From assembly GCF_024521635.1 (NCBI RefSeq), contig NW_026250418.1:248001-312000 (forward strand): a stretch of 64,000 nt of DNA. The letters are read 5' to 3'. A model generated the notes under the pieces. It ran no database searches. It was not told the DNA's origin and was given only the letters and a program-made list of their open reading frames with translations. Shown piece after piece: positions 23,878-34,871 of this stretch. Every line of letters starts with the position of its first letter. Within the stretch, counting starts at the first letter, position 1. A program made the position numbers and the translations under genes. The DNA is from Tricharina praecox (Eukaryota).

Positions 23878-25954
23878 ATCTACCAATCAACCCAATCTTC
23901 AACATTCACTCCCTTGTGGGGTCTGCCTTCTCTTTTAAAGAAAGTTGTGCTTCGATGTCTGGGACTTTCTCTTCCACCACCAATAACACCAACCTTCGAC
24001 GTACACTCCTTTTTGGAGAAAAACCACCTCACCTTCGATGAGGCCACCACGGCCGGACTAGAGGGATGCGACGCGGGGAGAAAGAAGGGGAGGCGAGGAG
24101 TCGGAGAAGAGATGATCCGACTGGGGTTGGTGCGACATACCAGCGATACCAATACCGAAACCGGATTCGACTACGAGATGGTGAGATGGGACATCACCGC
24201 CGACCGAGCTCACTCACGCCGACTACTGGAGAGCTGTTCCGACCAGAATATCCCCGGGGATACATCCCCCTACGCGAAATGCGCTCGGGGCCGTTGATCT
24301 GGAGGATCTACTTGAAGCTGGCTTCGGGGGAGTGTCGCGAAGCGGTTGGCGTCCACGATGGACGTTGGCCGCATCGAGGGAGGGGCGAACTGGTTCGCTG
24401 CCTCCCTCTTTGTTCGGTGACGGGAGTGGAGGGAGGAGATGACGACTATTTCGCCGTGCTGGATACCGACCAGACAGAGTTGCTGGTCCAGCCGTCTCCG
24501 AACTAGGTACTACAATCCACGACACTCCTACATTTTCGTGCTGGAGTAGTTCATGACGGCTAATATGGAGACAAGCAGAGACGCGCTCGTCGACTGAGTA
24601 CATCATCCCGGAATTTGTATCATACAAATATCTGATGACGAATCTTACCGGTCTAAGATCCGAACTTCCGCAGTGGTAAGCCTCATATATCCTTTCGGTT
24701 GCATTAGTGATCACTAAATTCTAACTTTTCACGATAGCTCTCCATCGGCCTCAAGACAATCTTGATTCATCGAACGAAGAGACAGAGGGTAGGTGGGAAG
24801 AGTGAGCGAGTCAGCCCATAGGAGAGAGAGGAGAGAGGGGTGGAAACGGGGGGGAGGGGAGGGTGAACGGGTGATATTGCCATGATCTAGATAGGTTGCA
24901 TGCAATTACTGATTAAACCAAATTTTTTTTCTTGATACATCGAAAAGATGATGAGCTGCTGGCAAGCTGCCGATTTTTTTTTTCGGGCGTGCTATGCGCC
25001 GCCATCCCCAGACTTCCACCGTCAACGGTTCTGCTGTTCGGATCCTGCCAGACTTTAACGGCGGCGGAGTCGACTTGTCCCCAAATACTTCTGGAATACT
25101 CTAGCCTTGGGGTTCAATCAACCGTTTGACCTAGCTTAGATGGGAACCACAGTGAAGTATTCACAATCGATACGGTTGAGCAACTGCTTGTTTTTGTCAC
25201 CTTATCCAAGCGTTCCTCTGGACGAACTGGTCCGTCCCGTTCTGATACTGGAACGACGAGTGTTCTGTGGAAGCGTCTTTTGTGGAAGTAAACTTATAAA
25301 TGGATGTCCATGATGGTTTCGTTGAAAGCAGCGATCATGCTTCCGGTCATGGGTGCGGAGGGTAGGACCTAGGGAACTCTCATGATCATGGATATATCGG
25401 AAAACTGTAGCCTAACACGTCCATAGCTCGTCTAATAAGGCCGTATGCGACAATAAATTGATGTTCTCTCTCCCATCCGTCCATAGGTCTTCATCGCTCA
25501 TCCGTATTTGTCTGGGAATGATTGACGGAAATATCCGCTGCATGCAGACCACAGGTCAAAGTTCGCGGAATCCTCGTGGCAGCGGGAAGCCAAGCGGCGT
25601 GTGTGCTGGCTCGCTTTCCACAAAAGGGTCCGTACGGTTTACTCACCATTATTGATCTACCTGAGTCCCATTTCTGAACCATACGTACGGGTCCATCCTC
25701 ATGTCAACGATAGATACATGATTGGTGAGTACCATACCCACTTTTTGTGGCATCCAATCCGAACCGCATGGTTATGCGGCTATATAGGCGGGTGTGATCT
25801 TCGTGTAACGTCACTAAAATAACTTATGCTCGAACCGTCGAACGTTCCACGAGCTCCAACTCCATTCCATTCGTTGCGCGTTAAGCTGGCGGACCTCCTA
25901 GGTTCATAAACCATTCATTCTCCCACACGCCGTCTCCCGACACTCCGCCACGCG

Positions 25955-27002
25955 ATGTCGCACTCTAACAACTGGCAGAACGACGACAACTCCGACGCAG
26001 CCGGTAGCCCGGAGCACAACTACGATACGCCCGCCGACAGCAGCGACTCCGACAGCGACGATGGCGCAATAGTCCTGAAGGCGCGGATCACGGCGCTGCG
26101 TATCGAACTCAACATTCTGGAGCAGCAGCTAGACAAAAGGAAGAGGAAGAAGGCTCGTGGGATTGCTTCTGGGATTGCGAAGAAGGCGTGTACACTCACG
26201 CGCGCAGGTCTCGACGCTTGGCTGACGGAAGGAACAGACTCCGAGTCATCGCGTTCCCTTACCCGTGAAGGCAAAATCCCCAGAACCAGAGCCCGAGCAA
26301 GAGCCCGAACCAGAACCCGAGCCTGAGCTGGAGCTTGAGTCAGAGTCCCACATGCCCAGCTTCCTCGCCGGGCTGGTCGCAGCTTCGTCTTCGACACCCA
26401 CACCCCCAGCTCACATCACTCCCGCACCGCCGGCCCCACAATTTACCCCCACCAACATTCGCGCCCCCAAGACCCGGGGCCGCGGGCGCCGCACCACCCT
26501 CGCCGTCTCTCCAAACCGTCCGGCGACAACCCCCGCTCCACCATCCATAAACCGGCTGCTTGAAACCGTCCAAGCTCCCCAGTCGCTGATCAAAGAACGC
26601 GGGGTGGGGAAGGGCACGCTTCTACGGCGGCGACTGGGGATCTCGGAGATGAACAAAGCCGACCAGACCTCTGCCACGATATACTTCTACCGTGAAGCGA
26701 GACGGCATTGCGGACAGGATCTTTCGCATCCGTGGACTTGGTATGTGGAACAGAGATTGGCGGGGGAGATGGTTGCCAGTAAGTTCTCCCTCTTGACGAG
26801 GGGGAATAATCGCTCACAGATTTTAGATGTGGTGGAGGGCATGAAGAAATTCGGATGGGATGAGGGGCTGGCAAAAGATATACTTATGAGTTCGGCGCAG
26901 AGGAGGGTGCAAAATAGCAGGCGCCAGATAAATAAGGATATCAAGGCTAGAGGCGGCCATATACCGCGCGGGAGGCCACCGAAATCGCGGGCGCAGGAGT
27001 AG
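25955..27002 (+). CDS. Hypothetical protein: acidic N-terminus, coiled coil + NLS-like basic stretch, PE repeats, AT-hook-like motifs
   Basis: Two ORFs joined in frame by a putative GC-AG intron 26186-26237. Motifs KRKRKK, TRGRGRR and C-terminal PRGRPPK. Confidence 0.55.
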
Positions 27003-27338
27003 CCATGTGGAGAGTTGAGGCGTTTAGCAGGATTTTTTGCATGTTTAATTCAACAAGTGTTTGTAAGTCAATGGATTTGTTTTTCGGGAATACATGCTGT
27101 ATCATACAGTTGGAGGGAGGGGAAAAGATTGTGGTAGTGCTACCGCATCTATAAAATGGTAGTGATATGGTATCAGTATGGTCAAAATACCTGCTGCAAT
27201 TATCCCGCTTAGAGACCAGCATACATCAAATCATGCCCCAATGTGCCCGGAGGGAGAGAATTTTCGTGATTCCACAGCACAATCGAGCTCTTCCCACAGA
27301 ATCCATTACAATATGTAAAAAAATCTAACTAAAACTAC

Positions 27339-28309
27339 CTATTGTAAGTGCCAAATAAAATCGTATTCAATACCATCACCTTCATCATCGTCACTGCTGC
27401 CGATTGCATCCTCATCATCATCCTCGATCTCACTATCCTCATCCTCATCCTCATCCTCATCCGCAATGCCACCTTTAGTGTCGGTAATTTGCGGGGGAGG
27501 AATGACAGGGCTGGGAGGGCTAGGTTGAGGTTGAGCTTTCCCTCCCGGCCTAGCACTTCGCCGAGTTCCTGCTGCTGGAGGGGCAACCGGGGCTCGACAG
27601 GCAACCGGAGCTTTAGGGACAACCGGAGCTTTAGGGACAACCGGAGCTGGAGGGACAACCGGTGCTGCTAGGTCTTGAGCTGAGAGCGAATCGTCACCCA
27701 TGACCGGAGCGTTGGGAGGTGCTACACCCTTGCCACGGCCGCGGCCAGCGGTTGCCTCAGCCGCTGCCGCTGGAAGTTGTTTCTCGCCATCTTTCCGCCA
27801 AGGGTTGCTGCGCCGTATGCGGTGTATCTGTTTATTTGCTTGAAGCAATTTCTCTTCGTCCTAACGGGTAAGCTCGATTAGTAACTTTACAAATTATAGG
27901 TCTATAGTGGTGGTGTGGTCTTGGAGCATACCTTCTTCCACTTGTTGACTTGGTTCTTCTGCTTGAGCCCGAACCGTACGCGTACCTCCTCCCTGGTGGG
28001 CTTCCGCTTCCCACCTCGTCCATCATCCACCTGCCCGTGCTCTGCCCAGTGTAATACTTCGAGCTTGAACTTGACTGTTCTACTTACCTTAGCTTTGGAA
28101 GCGGTGGCCGCTGGCGGAGAAGCTGAGCTTGAGGCCACAGCAATGGGCGGCTCAGCGTGGAGCTCTAGCTGGTGTTCAGTAGTCTTAATCGCCGGTGCAC
28201 GCGTGCAAGCTGACTGAGGCGGATCAGTAGATAGCTGTAAGGAAGCTTGCGAGAATTTCGTTGCGAGGGTTTCTACTGGCTGTGCAGAGTCCGATACTTG
28301 ATCGTTCAT
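27339..28309 (-). CDS. Hypothetical protein with Brinker/pogo-like HTH DNA-binding domain and acidic tail
   Basis: The spliced (AAG|GTATGC...TTAG) sequence RTVKFKLEVLHWAE...PTREEVRVRFGLKQKNQVNKWKKDEEKLL fits the Brinker/pogo N-terminal HTH pattern. Also 18-bp PKAPVV repeats and a DEDEDE tail. Confidence 0.55.
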
Positions 28310-29534
28310 GGTGATCGATAGCTGTATTGTATGGTTCTTCTAAGTTGTGGGGATACTATGTAGTAGGTAGTTGACGATAGTTACTGCCAGCTGTGTCGTG
28401 GGTTCAGCTGTGTGGACATTTGTACCTCCTGAACTGATCCCCTTACGTTGGAAGTTGCTCGGCACGCTAACCATAGACAGTGCGTACCTATATCAGGAGT
28501 GTTTATAGGGTACCTCTCACGAGAAATAATACGATGTGTGTGAAGTGAATTGAAAATTTGGATAACTTAAGTACAGCAGTGAATGAAAAGGCACAAGAAT
28601 CTCGTCTATATCCCTCTGGATAAGCTTATCGTCACGCTTCGTGCCCTACTCGCGTAACATACTTTCCACCATAGGTACATAGAAGGGACATGGTGCCTGG
28701 TCCACCGCACGAACCACCTTGACCCATCCCATTACACACCCACTGTTGACAGCGAGTTTCCGCCAAGTCTCCACTTCCTTCACAGGCTTGTAGGACGAGA
28801 GTATTCCCACGAGAAAGCGACACGGCACACGTAGGGACCTGGCCTGACGCCCTTTTCGATGCTCCATCGAGGGACGGGCCTTGCAAACCCAGAAGCCCGA
28901 CTCGACATGCCTCCGAGGGCTGAGAGGGTGATGTGTTTCGTCCATGCGAGTGCTGTTTGATATATGATCAGTTGGTGTCGGGCTAGAAGATACCATCCAA
29001 CTGATGTCGTAGGGAGTTCTCGACCCCAGTGACACGACAGAAATGAGAGACCTACACAGACAGCCTGTTCACACCAGAGGGCTGTCCATCTCTTTCCCGA
29101 GACCATGTAGCGATCTGAGAGGCAAATGATTCATAGGATCTCACTCATTTGAGGTCTCGATATGCACCACCATGTCACTGTCAAGTACCATGTACTCTTA
29201 TCCACTGCATTCCCGTCGATCTAGACAGCCAGCATGTACTCTACATATCAACGATTAAACAAAGCACATTCGCGTTGATGTAGCGCATGTCACACACTCT
29301 CGCCAGTCCGGCCAATCACCGTACGGTACCGAATTAGCAGATACGAGATGCCTGTCTTCAGCCGCACCATCAGGCACAACATGCACAGTTCGAAAGCGGA
29401 GACTCGGAGAGCCGCTGCAAGCCTCAAAGAGGGGAGGGGAACCTATTTATCCACGCCATGGCTGGAGCTTGACCTCAAACCTGAAGAAAATCTACAATCT
29501 TTCCTGTGTCTGTTATTGCTCTTGCTTCACTAAA

Positions 29535-32500
29535 ATGTCACACTGGCCCCCAGCGCAGCCTCAATATCCGAACAATCAGTTCGGGGAGCAGCAACAGCAA
29601 CAGCAGCAGCAGCAGCAGCAGCAACCGCCACAGCAACAGCAACAGCCTGCTTACATGAACCTGCAGTACATACCACCACCTCCCGAAGCTCCAAAGCCGA
29701 CAGGCGGTAGCTTGATGAAGACTCTGAACTTCTTCTCCTCAAAGCCGTCCTACGCGCCTTCCTCGCCGCAGCCCCAACCTCCTACCTCACCGTCCTACGT
29801 GACCAGTCCTCCATCGTACGGTCCACCACAGAACCAATGGAACCAGTCGCCAACACAATATCAATCCCCATACCAGTCCTATGATACGTACCAAAATCCA
29901 CCTCCGCCGCAGGTTCCATCGGCATATCCTCAGCCGCTGCCAACCCCAATACCTCAATATGTCCCATCGCAACCGCCACCGCCCACACCGGCTCCATACA
30001 TCCCTCCAGTCTCCGCCGCAACCCCAATACCTCATTATGTCCCATCACAACCGCCGCCGCCGCCATCACCGGCTCCATATATCCCTCCGATCTCTACACC
30101 GGCTCCACACATCCCTCCGGTTTCCACACCGGCTCCATACATCCCTCCGGTTTCCACACCGGCTCCATACATCCCTCCGGTCTCCACCCCAGCCCCTCAC
30201 GTCTCCCAAGCCTTTACCCCCGCATCACCACATGCCGACAACAGCCCAGAGATCGAGCGTCTCCGCCGGTCAATGACCGAGCTAGAAGTGAACTACACGC
30301 AGAAAACCAACGAGTGCCACAGCGTACGTACTGACATCAGCAAATTCATGCGGATCATCGATGAGAAAGACACCGAAGTTGCACGCTTGAATCGAGAGCT
30401 TGCCACTCTACCAGCTGAGGTTGAGAATCTCCGGAAGCGGATGGTCGAGAAAGACCAGGAAGTGGTGCGGGCAATGGATGAGGCAACGCAGTTGAAGGAG
30501 CAGATCGATGCCGTTCGGAGACAGTCGCAGCAGCAGATCCAATTGGCACAGCAGGATGCACAACAGCTCAGGGCCAATGCGGAATTGAATCATAAATTGG
30601 CGGTTGAGACGGGTGAAGAGCTAGCGAAGGTCCGTAGGGAGGTGGCGGATATGCAGGCGGCAGCACGGTTACAGACGGAGGAGATCGAAAATGCGAGGCA
30701 ATCGGCCGGAGAACTGAGGCAGCAATTGCAGCAGCAGGGAACCTCTGAGGAGGCGTATCAGAAGATGTGGCAAGAGCTTTATGAGCTGAAGCAGACGCTA
30801 GCGAAGAAGGACGCTGAGATTGCGGGGCTTAAAACGAACCAGCCCATCCAGCCAATGCCGCCTGGCCAGACACCGACTGTATGGACGCAACCTACGGGAG
30901 TCCCGTCCCAGAACAGCTATTATACTGCTGGTAATACGAGTATGCCCGAGGAACCATCGTTTACTCCATACATTCTTCCTCAGCAGTCCCCAGTGCCCGG
31001 ACTCTCATCGTACCCACCTTACGTACCTCCGACACCCGAACAGCCATCTTACAATCCCCATGGGCCTCCCACACAGCCCTTACAACCTCACGGGAAGCCT
31101 CGGGAAGACGTTGTCTTCACTACGCCAGACTACGGAAAGCCTAGCGAATATCAACCGCCAGTAGATCCGGAAGCACTGCCTGAGGCAACCCCTTCCGAGA
31201 AGGAATGGGAGCGACAGAAGCAACAGGAGGGAGCCCAAAACAACCTCCTGGATGTACTCATGACCGAAGTGACTGGTCTGGATCTTGTCAAGGCCCACTT
31301 CTTGCGGGTCAAGGGAAAGATTGATACTGCACAGCGGCAAGGAGTCCCGCTCCAGGGAGAGAGATTTGATGTTGCGATTCTGGGCAATCCAGGCACTGGT
31401 ATAAAACCATTCTCCTCCTCGTATAGGTAGGTGTCAATTTCCTCGCTGACCGGTTACCCAGGAAAAACCACCGTTGCAAGGATCTACGGTTACTTCTTAT
31501 CCACCATTGGAGGAGTTGTGGCAACCGACAATATAGTCGACCTCACCGGTACCCAGCTGCTAGCCGCCGACGGTGCCGCAACCGCAACGGATCTAATCGA
31601 CAACCTCGCGGAGGCCGGCGGCGGCATCTTCTTCCTCGACGATGTCCAAGTGCTCACCGACTGCCAGAGCGTCCCCGGACAAGCCTTTGGAGCCCACGTT
31701 CTCAACACCATACTCGGACTGATCGAGAAGTACATCGGCACGATCATCTTCATCTTCTCTGGTCATAAATCAGCGATAGAGGAACATGCTGGTCTGGCCA
31801 ATAAGGTGGCCTGCAAGTTGGTGCTGGATGATTTCACGGACGCCGAGCTCCTATTAATGCTGCGCCGGTCGATCACGACGAGGTACAGTGGGAAAATGGC
31901 GGTTGAGGGCGGCATGGGTGGCCTTTATATGCGGGTTGCTATTCGCCGTATCGGGAGAAGTCGCGGCAGCCCTAGCTTCGGAAACGCAAGGGACCTCGAT
32001 AAGTTATTCACGCGGATGATAGAGCGGCAAGAGGACCGCATGACGCGCATGCGCCAGGAAGGTCTCAGCCCGAATGATTTCTGGTTCTCTGCGGAAGACA
32101 TTATCGGCCCGAACCCGTCCGAGGCCATCCAAAAGAGCGTGGCATGGAAGAAGTTGCAGGAATTTGTTGGACTGACTGCCGTTAAGCAGTCTGTGAGATC
32201 TATGATCGACATGATCGAGACGAATTACCACAGGGAGTTGCAGGAGAAACCGCCGATGGCTATATCGCTCAATCGTGTATTCTTAGGTTCGCCGGGAACG
32301 GGAAAGAGCTCTGTGGCGAAGCTGTATGGTAAAATATTGGCAGACCTGGGGCTGCTTAGTAGTGGCGAAGGTCTGTCACTCGTAAAGAACTCACCCTTCG
32401 GACAACTGACAATTATCCAACAGTTCTCGTGAAGAACCCAGCAGACTTTGTCGGGGCAGTACTAGGAGAGACCGAGCAAAAGACGAAAGCAATTCTGGCT

Positions 32501-34028
32501 GCGGCGGTCGGAAAAGTCCTCATCATCGATGAAGCTTACATGCTCTATCCAGGTGGCAAAGGTGGCACCATCGGCGGTGGGGACAGCGACATCTACAAGA
32601 TGGCGGTGGTGGATACTCTGGTCGCGGAAGTGCAATCCACACCCGGCGAGGACAGATGTGTCCTGCTCTTGGGATACGAAGACAAGTACGTCCTGCCATC
32701 CCCTCATGTCCCTTACAGCTACTGACAGACCTAGAATGCGCAACATGTTCCAAAATGTCAACCCAGGCCTCGCACGCCGCTTCGCAATTGAAGACGCATT
32801 CCGCTTCGAAGAGTTCACCGAAGCCGAGCTGCGCAAGATCCTCGAGCTGAAGTTGCACGAGCAAGGTCTCCATGCCACCGACGCCGCAAAAGACGTCGCC
32901 AGCGAGGTTCTGAACCGTGCTCGTATGCGACCTAATTTTGGAAACGCCGGCGAAGTCGAGAATATGCTGTCTCAAGCCAAAGTCCGCTACCAAAGCCGGA
33001 TCAGCATGGTCCCACCGCACCTGCGGCCAATGACGGGTGATGTAGTCTTCGAACCCGTCGATATCGATCTTGAGTTCGCCCGCGGCACCACCGCAGCTCT
33101 CAACTGCCGCACCCTCTTCTCCGACACCGTCGGTTGCGAAGGCATCATCTCCAAGCTAGAAGGCTACCTCCGCATCGCAGCCAACGCCAAAACCGCGGGC
33201 ATCCCCCTCCACGAGCTGATCCCCACCAATTTTCTCTTCAAAGGCCCTCCTGGCACCGGTAAAACCATGACCGCCCGCAAAATGGGACAGGTATACTACA
33301 ACATGGGCTTTCTTTCCTCACCAAACGTGATCGAATGCTCAGCCACCGACTTGATCGGCCAATACCTCGGGCAAACCGGGCCCAAAACCCAAAAACTCGT
33401 CGAATCCGCGCGCGGCTCGGTGCTATTCATCGATGAAGCCTACCGTCTAGCCGAAGGCGAGTACGCAGCCGAAGCTTTGAATGAGCTAGTCGACATCCTG
33501 ACGAAGCCCTTGTTCCTCGGCAAGATCGTCGTGATCCTCGCAGGCTACGACGACGACATCAACCGGCTCCTGTCGCGAAACTCGGGGCTGTCGTCCCGCT
33601 TCCCGGAGGAAATCGCGTTCGCAAACATGTCCCCCGCCGAGTGCGTCGAGGTCCTGGCCCGCGACGTCGAGACGAAAAAGATTGCCGCCCCGTGGCTCCG
33701 CGATACCGCCGCTCGAACGTATAGGGACCTCGCGGAACAGATCGTATTGGTTAGTAGGCTGCCTGGCTGGGGGAACGCGAGGGATATGAAAACCCTCGCG
33801 AAGAACCTCGTCGGTACCGTGTATAGAGATAGTCCGGACCTGGTGCTGCGCCCGGAGACGGCGGTGCAGGCGGTAAGGACCATGCTGGGCGAGCGCCAGG
33901 CGAGGGCGGATAGTGTTGCTGCGGGCGGCGTGAAGGGTATGGGCGCGGATGGAAGGCGGGAAAAGATGGGAGGAGGAGGAGGAGGAGGGGCGTCGGGAAT
34001 TATGGCGTGGAGGCCGCAGGGGCTGTAG
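29535..34028 (+). CDS. Triple CbxX/SpoVK-like AAA+ ATPase with Pro/Gln/Tyr-rich N-terminus and coiled coil
   Basis: Exons 29535-31398, 31462-32370, 32424-32685, 32735-34028. Walker A GNPGTGKT, GSPGTGKS, GPPGTGKT; Walker B FFLDD, LIIDEAY, LFIDEAY; GNAR/GNAG sensor motifs. Confidence 0.88.
30065..30200 (+). repeat. 30-bp coding tandem repeat (PAPYIPPVST x~4)
   Basis: CACACCGGCTCCATACATCCCTCCGGTTTC repeated. Confidence 0.9.
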
Positions 34029-34871
34029 ACGTAGGGGGATATAAGATCGCAAGACCGCTCTTTTTTTTCTGTCATCATATTGCATTCGATCTCCGATCAT
34101 GGTACATTGAGGTGGTAGGTTGAAGCTTTGTGCACGGATAGGAATATGAATGGCCACTTCAAGGCTGGATTCGAGGCTGGATTCGAGGCTGGATTCGAGT
34201 CATGAACGGTGAAGGAGTGATTCCTCACGACCAAACATCATACTTCAAGTTAAGCCCCGTTGGTCCAAGCACTTTTGTGTCTGGTGTCTGGTGGGATTAG
34301 GAAACGGAATGTATACTTGAACTGTCATTCAGACTCGGCCAGATACTGAATGATGGAACAAAAAACCAACACAACGAAAATCACGACCAACATCAGAGCT
34401 TCACGAGTCACGCCTCATTACCCCCCACCCCACCCCCACCATTAACCCTTAACCCACCCTCCCCACGTAAGTCTGTGATCAATCTGAAAACTTCCATTCG
34501 TCCACCCTATCCTACTTACTTCCGTAAGGTATCATACTAATCTACCAGGTAGGTATACCACGGCCCCACAGTCCCCCAGTACCCGCCAACCGTTCCAACC
34601 ACCACCCATCCCAGACATCTTTTAACAAGTTGAAACAAAAACAGAACCATAAAACCATAAAACTTTTGATATAACAACGAAATAAGCCTCAAACACAATC
34701 ATCACAATCATCAAAAGCACGAACAAACACCCCAAGCAAGCATCCCACGCCCATCCCATACCCACACCCATCCGATCCGTCTAAAACAAAAGAAAAACAT
34801 CACCCCTCTGAACTCCCTACTCCATTTAATTTACCCCCCCGTACCAAGCTCAGCACCTAGCTACCCGAGGT

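Noticed and set aside
23806..24714. Overlapping 146-163-aa ORFs
   Set aside because: No recognisable motif or consistent exon structure; possibly a decayed gene but unsupported.
31399..31461. In-frame stop splitting the AAA gene (possible editing-dependent premature stop)
   Set aside because: Fully explained by a canonical GT-AG intron that restores GNPGTGKTT.
34441..34456. TTAACCCTTAACCC telomere-like motif
   Set aside because: Only two imperfect units in a C-rich 3' region; not a telomere, and nothing else supports a telomerase RNA template.
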